DNA from: Podarcis pityusensis
Taxonomy: Eukaryota
DNA length: 64,000 nucleotides
Strand: one strand, 5' to 3'
Assembly: GCA_964106645.2 (NCBI GenBank)
Contig: OZ067045.1
Shown: one piece after another, positions 1 through 10,318 of the stretch
Layout: each line of letters starts with the position of its first letter
Numbering within the stretch: the stretch's first letter is position 1
Translations under genes and position numbers: made by a program
Notes under the pieces: model-generated
The model's database searches: none
The model's input: only the letters and a program-made list of their open reading frames with translations
What the model was told of the DNA's origin: nothing

Positions 1-1110
1 TAAACTTTCATTTGATAAGAGTAATGTAGCCTATGTGTACAACACATATTTAAAGCATATGGCTCCCCCCCCCCCAAATAATAGTAATGGAAACTGTATT
101 TTATCCTCCACAAAGCTACAATTCCCAACACCCTTCGCAAACTACAGTTCCCAGGATTGTTTCGAATAAGTTGTGCACTTCAAATGTATGGCAGTACACA
201 GCCTCTGTTTATGAGAGAGCTTTTCTTTCCCTTGAAACACATCTATTTATTCCACTGACACCTACCACTGAGAGAGATAATCCACAACAGGCAACGTCGC
301 TGTCAAACTTGGCCAACAAGCAGCTCATGACTCAACCAACAGATGTTTCAGCGGCTTAGGTCAAAGGGAACTTATGGACTTTGTGTGTCTCCCCCCCCCC
401 ATCTCTTTTGCTTCTAAAACGAATGCCAGGGATGTCAGCACCAGGTACAGGCATTTGACCTAACCAGTAGTCGGAGCAACTGAACTGAGACCTGGAGGAG
501 ATGAAAAGGCCAAAGCATTAGTCAGTTGAGCCAACAAGCTGGCCACAGTCCAGCATTTCAGACAACTCACACTCCAATTGTATGTCTGGAGTTTTTAGCA
601 ATAGTGTTGTGTACTTATTTGATGATTTCTTTCTGAGTTTACGCTCCTGACAGGTACCCCTGTGAACAAAATCTCGCCGGGCAACCTTGTATGAATATTT
701 CACTCTCAATTCTGCTTTTGATCTTTGTTGCATATGTGCATTTCACATTATACTTAGTTTTGCACAGAATCACATTTTAAGCCCCTATGAAATGGAAATG
801 AAATGATCAACATAAGTGTGGCAGTGGGGGGGCTTGCAGATTTAAATTGTTTTTAAATATAGGCAGATTGATTTGCAGGGGCTTAACCCTTTCTGCTTTC
901 ATCTTTTTTTTGTGCATGCATGAGTTGCAAAGAGCTTGATCCTACAGTCCTGGCTGAGACAAATTCACATTGGATGATTGCATATTATCATTTTTGTCTG
1001 TGCCATATGATGTTTTAAAAGAAGAGGAGACTACAGAATAGTCTCCTTCAGATTATGCAGGGGGTTAAATATGTTGCTCTTCCTGTCTCAACTCCTGTCA
1101 CCATCTGTCT

Positions 1111-1240
1111 CAGGGGTAGGCAACATGGTGCCCTCCAGATGCTACTAGACTGCTACTCCCCAGCCAGCAGGGCCAGCAGTCCAGGATGTTGGGAGCTGTA
1201 GCCCAGTAACATCTGGAGAGCACCACACTGACTATTCTTG
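1111..1240. mobile_element. ~130-bp palindromic hAT-type MITE; related copies near 8521-8640, 20915-21010, 22780-22877, 28550-28687, 30355-30492, 40245-40390, 50191-50295
   Basis: CAGGGGTRG...ccctccagatg...ggactacaactcccatc...gatgggagttgtagtcc...catctggaggg hairpin; several copies have degenerate 8-bp NNNTAGAN-type flanks. Confidence 0.72.
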
Positions 1241-4200
1241 TTCTTCTGATCCCATCCAAACTCCCTTGCACTTCATGAGACCTTTGAGCAAACTTCTACC
1301 CTTGCACAAACCAATCTTAGGAAATATTCTAGAGTTCTACAACAGATGCCACTTCTCAATTCTTATCTCTTGCCTATGGTTTGAGAGTGCCTTTCTGCTT
1401 AGTTCTCTTCTGGGCACTTCATTCCAAAGTCTTAGCTTCCAACACCCTCTTCCACAGATTATGCCCCTCAACACATAGGAACATCGGAAGAGCCTGCTGG
1501 ATCAGGCCAATGGCCCATCTAATCCCCTATGAATATGCTCAGTCCTGTTTTCAAATAATCTAGGTTGGTGGCCATCACTGCCTCCTTTAGGGGCGAGTTC
1601 CAGAGTTTATGTTTAACACAGTTTGCCTATTCCATTACTACTATGAATAAGCTCTGCAAGAAAGGAAAGAAGCTCACATACTTTCTCCCTAGTCTAGGAG
1701 GCAGACACTTGAGCAAACCTCTGACCTTTGCATCCCCTTTGCCAATGCTGCAGGTGAGATGAAAGTTCTCCCATTGTCTCCCCTGTCTCCCCAAGAACTA
1801 TTTGGGGAATCTGGAGACTTCCTGCCTTTCCATGTCCCCCAAAGTCTCCTATCACAAGCCATTTTCTAGCCCAACTGAAGGTTAACATAATTAAGGTAGA
1901 AATGAGAGGAAGGAATTTTAAAACTTTCTGCAATAATAATAACAACTGGAATTATAATGATTGGGAGTTTAATTATTACAATTGCCAGTGGCAGTCCCAA
2001 GATGACATGGGGTCATTATTTGCTTGCCCTTAAGCATTGTGTTCTCTGATATGCCTGCACTGGGCATAATCCACCAAGCACTGTTGCTGCTGATTTTGGT
2101 GTCAGAAGTTCTTTCCCATGTACAGTATGTACTTGTCCCAGAGGTAGATAATTCCATTGGATCAAATGTTTGCCATTAAAGCAATTTTCACTGCTTGGTA
2201 AAAAAACCAAAAAACCATGTAGTACTCTATATTATTCTGTTTTACATGCAAGTAAAATCTAATAGTTTGAACTAAATTATGCTGTAGCTCCCGTAGTGCA
2301 CAGAAAAGGGTGGCATTGCTCACCTGCCTTCTGAACAAAAAGCGTTGCTGCTGGTTTCTGAGGGAGAGGGGCAAGGAGCAGGGAGCAAGACACACTGAGG
2401 ATGGGGCAGCAGAGCCAGTCCACTGCTCCTGATGCCAGGTCCATTCAGTGTCTTGCTCCTCATGCCCTGCCCCACCCCTTTCCAGGAAGCAGCAGTGACA
2501 CTCTACCCTCAGAAGGCATGGGAACAACACTAAGCTGCCCCGCCCCCAGCACCTGGCTCCAGCTTTTGCTTTTTCAATTCATTGACGGATCTACAAAGTT
2601 TGTCATTTGGCTTCTAGTGGTCATATTATGATTACATTGTGATTAGTATGCTTTAAGCAAGAATGGCTGTCTGTAAATAGTTTTGTTTTTTTAATTCCAA
2701 CAGGTAAGGTATCTAAAAATGAAAGAAAAACACATAGGTATTTCTGAAAGTTAGAAGAATTTTGAACATCCATGTCAATTATCCATTGCTTATTTTCAGC
2801 TAAGCATACAGTGAAAAGGGGAAAAGTAGATGAGATGTTGTTGAGTTATATGCAAACTGGCAATAAACTGACTGCATGGCTTGTCAGCTCATTGCATCTG
2901 TTTTAATTTTGGTTAAAACTATTTTTAACAATAAATAATTTTGGCTTGTTATGAATTGACACCCTAGACTAACCACACTTGAATATAACATCATAGGCGA
3001 TGCCGGAAAATATGATTAAGTCTTACACAAGAACTCCTATAGAAATTAATGAATAATTTTGCTTAAACAAAAAAAAATCAAGGGGAAACAATTTAATCGT
3101 CATTTTTGTCAAATGTTTTCATTTAATGATGCTGTTGATCTGATGGAGCTAGCTCTTGGAAGTTTTACATTACTCCCAACAAGTTGTACCCATTATTCAA
3201 CCTTTCATATTACCAAAATTGCATTTAATATATTTACAATATAATACATTACTGCCCATGCAATATTTAATTCTTAATTTTAGTGATACTTGTGAATAAA
3301 AATTAACCAGCAATGCTTGACCAAATTATCGCACATAGAGGTAGACTGGATTGAAAGAAAAACAAAAGAATAGATCAAAATCTAGTGCAATGTCAGTTAT
3401 GCTTCGGCTGATTGAGTCTAATAATCCTGTTAAGATGAATAGACCCTCCTTCCTGCTTCTGCCAAGATTTAACTATTTCAACCATGTCTTTTAGCATTGC
3501 CTACATATCTGTCAACGAAGAATAGGTCAACCATACCGCCCTACTGTTTATTTATTAATCATCTGGCAAATAAACCATTCCGTATCCTGACCAGTGCAGT
3601 AATATTTGTGATGTAATTTGTTTGGATGCCCAAATGTCACCAGCATTGATTGTAAGAGATAAAAAAAAAATGCACTTGCTCAGCACACCCAGCTCTGGGC
3701 TAAAATGTAAGCATGAAATCTCTGGTTTATTTTTGTAATAATGTTTACAGCTGCTTAATGACCCTGAAAAGGTTCAGGAATCTGGCGCTCTGTATTTCTT
3801 AACAGGAGTATATTATCACATCATAACAACCTTAGTTAAGCCGCATCTCGACTACAACAATAAGACTCCTATTTAACAAAATTTCGCCATCCATTCTACA
3901 AGGCTTTCTCCATAATACTCAATTCAAGTGTTACTCAGGACTAAAGTGGTCTTGAACATCTATGGATGATAAATAATCTCTGCTCCCAAGAACATTCCTA
4001 CTGGCTGAATGTAAAATGTAAAGGGTAAAAGGTGTGATTCTGCAGTTACTCAGAGTATTCAGAAATTCAAGTGGCCTTGATCTTCTATGAGAAGGGAAAC
4101 ACTGAGTAAAAGCAGTTGCAAATTTCCACGCATATAAGGGCAAGGGTGTCATTTACAGATGATGACAGGGCACTGCCCTGTTTTTCAGACCGCATGAGGT

Positions 4201-4810
4201 TTTCCGATCAGCTACAGTTTGTTGATTGTGTATTATATATGTTACAACTGTCTCTGTTTACTAAGGAAAGCTTGTAGTTTCTGGTATTTTCTGGTATCTT
4301 TCTAATTTCTGGTAATTGGTCCTGGTGAATTCCTATTCCACACCCCCTGCCATGTTTTGCCTTTTGGAGATGCTGAGCATTCTTAGGGTGATTGGTAAAG
4401 TTGGACATATACTTAGGAATATAATATCAGAATGATAAGTAAAACTCTCTTGTCCCTAATGCGTATGCATACAGATGAACACTGAGACATCATGGAGTAC
4501 ACAGCCTGCAATTTCATACCATGTAGTTGCCGGGATATATTTTGAACTGTTGATAACCTATTGCAGGGCAATTAGATTTTTCTAGCATGACTGTAATGAA
4601 AAGAACAAATACTCTCTTGGCTTCTAAATTGGCGGAAAATAGGCTATTGCATAATAAATGAAACCAGCTTAAAACAGGTGGATAAGAACCTTCAGCAATG
4701 AAAAATAGTTAAATATGGGTGTCATAGCATCGTTTACATGAGAACTTCAGGGTTTCAAGCTGATCTCTGTTTTCACCTGTGAAAACAATTAAATGGACCT
4801 TGGTGGTTAT

Positions 4811-5230
4811 TAGGGATGGGAAAATAAATTTTGGGATTTTCCCCCTTGCTCCTTTTCCCAATCTTAAGTTCAATTCTCCAAATTTCCACATCAGTTTGTG
4901 ATATTATTATTCTTATTATTTATTAAATACTCATGAAAATTCACCAGCATTTTAGGGTGCATTTCTTCTAATCATAATATTGAATTTGATAAACAAATTA
5001 GAAAATATATGCAATATTTAATGTTATTTTTAGTAGTACATGCATTTGTAAGCATACTTTACCTGCGTATATGCATCCTTGTACACATTACGTGGCTGGA
5101 GAACTGCATTTGAAAATTTGGAGATGTGTGAATCTTGAAGGATGACTGCATTTTAGTTCTCTTTTTTTGTGGGGGAGAGTGTAAACAAGGTAGGTTCACC
5201 ATTAAATGTGAACTGAATCCTATTTCTCCC
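4811..5230 (+). repeat. Interspersed AT-rich repeat, probable DNA transposon remnant; second copy 61990-62400
   Basis: Colinear similarity: atttccacatcagttt...atgaaaattcaycag.atttta...ggctggagaa...ggtaggttcacca.taaat. Confidence 0.7.
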
Positions 5231-5949
5231 CCACCCCCCCTAAATTTGCATGCCCTTCACTTTAAAAATAATGGGCAACTGACCAGTGTAACATTGCTAT
5301 TGTTATTAGGAGGTGAAGGTGGTTTCAAGTAAATGCCTTGGTGCAAAAATGGTTGTATTTCAAACAAGGCTGGGACATGCACAATATAGCACAGCAAGCA
5401 TTATGATTCATTCATTCTTCTGGAATATCAAGGCTGGGATCCAATGAGTGTGTGTTTTTTTGTTGTTGTTTTTTAATGAAAGTCTAAGTGTGTAGGCACA
5501 GCCAGTGGGTTTTTTGCCCTTGTTTTATTTGAATCATAGACCCCAGTCCATGCTGTATTACAAAGTGCTTTTTGAAGCTCCACCACCCCAAGTCCCAGAA
5601 ATAGCTTCCTGGGCACCATCCAGAGCTGCTGTTTAAGAAACAGAAGTTAAAAGCTGCCTTGTGTCCTCCAGATTTGTTGTCCTGATCCTGGCATAGGTTT
5701 TCACCATTAGAGATTTCTTCTACATGACAGTGATTAGATGTAAGTATTAATATTTCCCTGTCCACCACCAGAAGAGGTAAATGACATTAAAAAAGCAGGA
5801 AAACAAAGCATTAGTCCAGTGTTCCTGTACCTCAAATCAGCCTTGTAAAAAGTTTCACAGTCCAGTTAGCAAATATCCAAATATTCTTTCTTACAGGAAT
5901 GTTTTTTTTAAAAGTGTCGTTCTAGTCTCAGACCAAAAGCCCTGTTATG

Positions 5950-6280
5950 GACTTCCGGGTTAGCGCCATCGGCAATGGCGGAGTTCCTCTGACCGAGAGG
6001 AACCCGCTCCGTGAAAATCGGGTCTTGCTGCCGCGGCAAAGGCGGAGACCCTCTAAAAATCCCAGGTGGAGGAAGCCTGGGAATGTGGGATTTGGCTGAC
6101 ACCAGGAGCGCCTCCCTTACTCTCAGGGAAACCCTTTTTCGGGGATCCGAAGCAACGTGGGGTGAGTGGCGCGGTGTTTTGAATCAACCGCTACTTTTAC
6201 GGAGTGAAGCCGCACAGCCGTTGCTGGAGAGCGCTGACTTTTTCCTGTGGACAATTGGACTCTAAACAAGTACCCGTGAG
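5950..6280 (+). promoter_or_regulatory. Putative internal Pol II promoter of the L1-like element
   Basis: ETS motif ACTTCCGG (5951-5958), inverted YY1 cores CGCCAT (5964-5969) and ATGGCG (5975-5980), and high CpG density relative to flanks. Confidence 0.55.
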
Positions 6281-8085
6281 TAGAACGGAAAATTGGATTA
6301 AGAAACATTTTAATTTGGCACTGAAGCGGGAAGGCTCTAAACAGGAAGTCCACCTCCTGTTTTTTGTAAATAGATTGAAGCAAAAACTTTGTAAGCTAAA
6401 GTCTGGAAAGTCGTATATAAAGGTCTAAATTTCCTTCAGTTATTACCACCAAAACCCCTCTTGGAAGCAGGAGAAAAGGGGGGGGAACTTTTGACTGTTT
6501 AAGCCTGCAGGAGAGAGAGTAAAGAAAGATAAATTTCCACCGTCTCAAACCTGGGAACGGGGTGTCAGAGACAGAAATTTATGGGGAAGTTCATCGACTG
6601 TGAATGGAACGTCTTTGACAGATAGAAAAAAAAAGAGAAACAAATTGACTCCAATGTTGCTTCTTGCATTCAAAAGAAACAAAGTATTTGAAAAATGAAA
6701 GTAATTTTCTTTTGTTGGTCCTGCTTTCAAAAGATGGATACAAATAGAAATTGTCTCCTCTAGAGGGAGCTTGTTAATTTGTTGCCGGAGTCGATCTGGG
6801 GATTTCACAGCTGTAAGATTAGGATCGTGAGACCAGACTCTGACCTTGAATAAAAATGTGTTTACAAGAAGTCTTGGTGCTTGCTTTTTGCAAGACAAGT
6901 GCTTTGCTGGAGCAGATGCATGAGAAGATGGATTTGATGACTGTTGCAGTTAAAAACTTTGGACAAATGGCGAATACCCATATAGAAAACATTCAGGAAC
7001 CAGCCCAGGAACTTGTTTTGACAGGGCAAGCGCAAGTGCAGAAGATAATGGAGGAGGTTGCTGTTGAACCTCAAGTAACACAAATGGAGAGATCCGAGGC
7101 CTTGCAGGAGCATAAGCTGCTGTTCTTGAAGTTTGAATCTGGAGTGCACCGGGGGGGCCTGGAGTTGTGAGGGCTCTTAATTTTGGAAGGACTTTGAAAC
7201 ATGCTTTTAAATACTTTCTGGATTACAGTGTTGATGGTGGGGAATGGGACTGTGGGGAATGGGCTGATCTGCTGAGGAGAGATGGAGATATTTTTGGATT
7301 GGAGTCCTCCCGAGACCTACCCCCCAATGAGAAAGGAAAGAAATTAAGAAAAAGATCAACAAAAGACAAAGTAAAGTGCAGGTATAAACAAGAAGAAGAT
7401 CTGCAGAAGGGACATGGAAAAGACTTAAGAGCCTCGGACATAAGATCACCAGGTTGATGGACTAGATGGAATGGACAAGAAGGACTGACAAAACCCGAGA
7501 CCAGGAAGAAGAGACGTTGGATGAAGATTGGAAGAAAGTTTTTAAAAAAATTATTTTGAGAATTAGTGTAAAATTAATGAGTATTAGGAAAAATGTTGGA
7601 ATGAAACTATTTGGCTTTAGTAGAAATGATATAAGGAGTTATGTACATTAAGTTTTAAGTTTTAAGGGTTTTTTTTATGGCAAGATAAGGTTAAATAAAT
7701 TAAGGTAAATTGAATGACAGAATATAGTGAAAGATGGAAAGGATTTGTTGAGTTAATTAAAAGGTTAGATCGATAAGATAAATTAGATAACAAAAATTGA
7801 GAAAGATGGAAAGAATTTGCTGAAACAATTAATTAAATTAGAATACAAAAAGGGAGGTGTGAGGAGGTCGATGAAACAAGTAAATGAAAGATAAAGATAT
7901 GGAACATTGGATGTGTGTTTTAATGTTATTGTGGGTTTTTTTTTGCTGTATTGTTGTATTGTTTTTTATGCTTTTCTCTTTATGTATAGTAATGTATGCT
8001 TTGTTAATTTTTTTGTTGTTTTCTTTTTCTCTTTTTTCTGTAATTCTTAAACTCTTAATAAATATCATTTAAAAAAACAAAAAAC
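5950..8085 (+). mobile_element. Non-autonomous, internally deleted L1-like retrotransposon (~2.1 kb) with intact 5' and 3' ends
   Basis: Perfect TSD (c)aaaagccctgttatg at 5934/5935-5949 and 8085/8086-8100. 5' end GACTTCCGG...ATGGCG with CpG-rich UTR; coiled-coil-like remnant 6856-7170; AATAAA 8057-8062 then A-rich tail; no RT or EN motifs. Confidence 0.85.
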
Positions 8086-9525
8086 AAAAGCCCTGTTATG
8101 CAACAACCTTCCCATTGCAAGGGAATAAATCATCTTTGGCTGCTTACACATTTCCACTTGCTCTGGCTCCATTATGCTCCTACAGGTGATTTTTGAAGCC
8201 AAGGGCCTGTGATGTTAAGCTGCACCCATAGGTATCCTGTAGCTTCTTGAGAAATGCACTTGTCCAATGTGCTTTTCCCCAAACCAGCTTCCATCGGGTT
8301 AGAAAACAGAAAGCTGAGGTGTGTTATATAGTTCTGGCAGCCTTTGCACCTGTCAAGCCAACAGCTTCAGTGAATTCGAAGTTGGTATGAGGAAACAAAC
8401 CAGGCGTTGGAGGAAGACACCCCTGCTTTCTGTCTGATCTGTACAGCAATATAAGCATGCAGTTTGAAATGCTGTGTGGGAAACATCGCTTAAGAGGTTT
8501 GTGGGGGGCGGAAATATTTCACAGGTGTTGGAAACCTGTGGCCCCTCTAGATGCTATTGAACTCCAACTCCCATCATCCTTGCTCTTTGGCCATCCTGGC
8601 TCAGGCTGCTAGGAACTTCTGGGTTCCTGGCCCAAGATTTGGTATTTCAATGAGAAAAAGCGCAAAGGGATCCCAGGCGTGCCAAATAAGGTTTAAGGGC
8701 TGTTTAATGACAAAAAGCTGCATGAGCCACTGCAGAGAAAGAGGTCCCTTCCCTTAAGAGACGACTGGTTGTTTTGACAAAGTTTTATAACCCCTGCTCT
8801 GGACCAAGGAGGACAGCCAAAATGTTTTAAATTTGGAAATATGTGAAGGATTAAGTGGCCTATTTTCATGATGAAGGAATTTTGTCATTTTCATAGTGCA
8901 GAAAGACTGAAAGAATTGAGAGCGCAGATCTTAATGTGTGTTTTCATTGGATTGTAGAAGTTCCATTTCTAAGTGCTTCTCAGAAGTAACAGTTCGTACA
9001 GTTTTAAAATTGAGTTTTTATTGATGCATCCCCCCCAACCCCATTCCTTGAATGGAGGAGAGAAAATGGCAAGGAGAGAAGATTATTATTAGGGACAATT
9101 ATGCTGACCAGCACGGAGCGCTCCTGTTTAACAAACAGCTTTGAGTTCTAATTTTCTGCAGCACACAGTTTGTAGGTACCATTTGTACTCATTACTGTAT
9201 ATTGAGAAAGTTATTAAAAATACTTAAACTTGTTGAAGCTTCCTGTGACACCTTCCCTGGCTTTTAATTGGGTTTTATCGAGTTCTAGAAGAGAGCTCTT
9301 TTAAAGCTAATCAGAGTCCCTTAGATCGCCTCTTTCCCCCAATTGCGAAATGAAGACGGTTAGCTAAAATCAAGCAACTTTTTTCTAACCATGAATATCT
9401 GAATGATCTGCGTGACAAATTAAGGAGGTAATTTATGCCTCTTTAGATGGGTACCATTTTCAGATGATGGAGGAACAATTGCTTTGTAACATAAGGGTTA
9501 AATCTTAATCTCAGAGGTTTGCAAA

Positions 9526-9713
9526 NNNNNNNNNNNNNNNNNNNNNNNNNNNNNNNNNNNNNNNNNNNNNNNNNNNNNNNNNNNNNNNNNNNNNNNNNNN
9601 NNNNNNNNNNNNNNNNNNNNNNNNNNNNNNNNNNNNNNNNNNNNNNNNNNNNNNNNNNNNNNNNNNNNNNNNNNNNNNNNNNNNNNNNNNNNNNNNNNNN
9701 NNNNNNNNNNNNN
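9526..9713. other. Assembly gap (N run); others at 18348-18482, 56429-56745, 56859-57305
   Basis: Runs of N. Confidence 0.99.
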
Positions 9714-10164
9714 AAAGCTTGTCCTTTACTTTATTCCCCCCCCCAAAACATTATCTTGTTTTATTGTGTACCAGTAAATATCATGCCATCTCCCCCCCTC
9801 CCCACCCTTGGTCAAATCATAAAAACATCTTTCTCATTGTAGAATGTGGAATTTATTGAATATGCTTAATGGGACTGAAAGTTTTATAAATGGATTTCTA
9901 TTTTTGTTTTTTTAAAGGGGAAGCAAGCAAGATGCATAGCATTTCTCTCTTATATAGACTGGAAAATGTAAACAGGTGCCATTTCACAGGGAAGGGGCTG
10001 AACGAAGTTGAAAGCTGAGCCTGACTTATTTAAGAGTTAGATATTCAAACTGATGATGTGTTCATTTTAATATCCTAATTAATACATGCAATCAAAAAGT
10101 ATGCAGGATGATAAGGCACTGTATAATTAAGCCGAAACATAATCACAATAGTATACTATACAGT

Positions 10165-10167
<3 letters not shown>

Positions 10168-10205
<38 letters not shown>
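10168..10205. repeat. (TA)n microsatellite about 110 bp upstream of the ZNF536 acceptor
   Basis: Direct reading. Confidence 0.95.
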
Positions 10206-10207
<2 letters not shown>

Positions 10208-10318
10208 TATGTATGTATAGAGGCATTGATTGAAGTTCTTTGATATGTTTGGGTGCACTTTGAATGCAATCAGTTTTTCATAGGTCTAAATCTAAAACCC
10301 TTCTTCATCTTTTCAGGG

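Larger units (their letters stand above)
1..10316 (+). other. ZNF536: ZNF536 intron upstream of the ATG-bearing exon
   Basis: Ends in a polypyrimidine tract and CAG at 10314-10316; no coding homology; contains transposon remnants. Confidence 0.85.

Noticed and set aside
10253-10318. N-terminal extension of the 763-aa ORF from a GTG start
   Set aside because: It runs through the polypyrimidine tract and acceptor, so it is intronic. The true start is ATG 10319.
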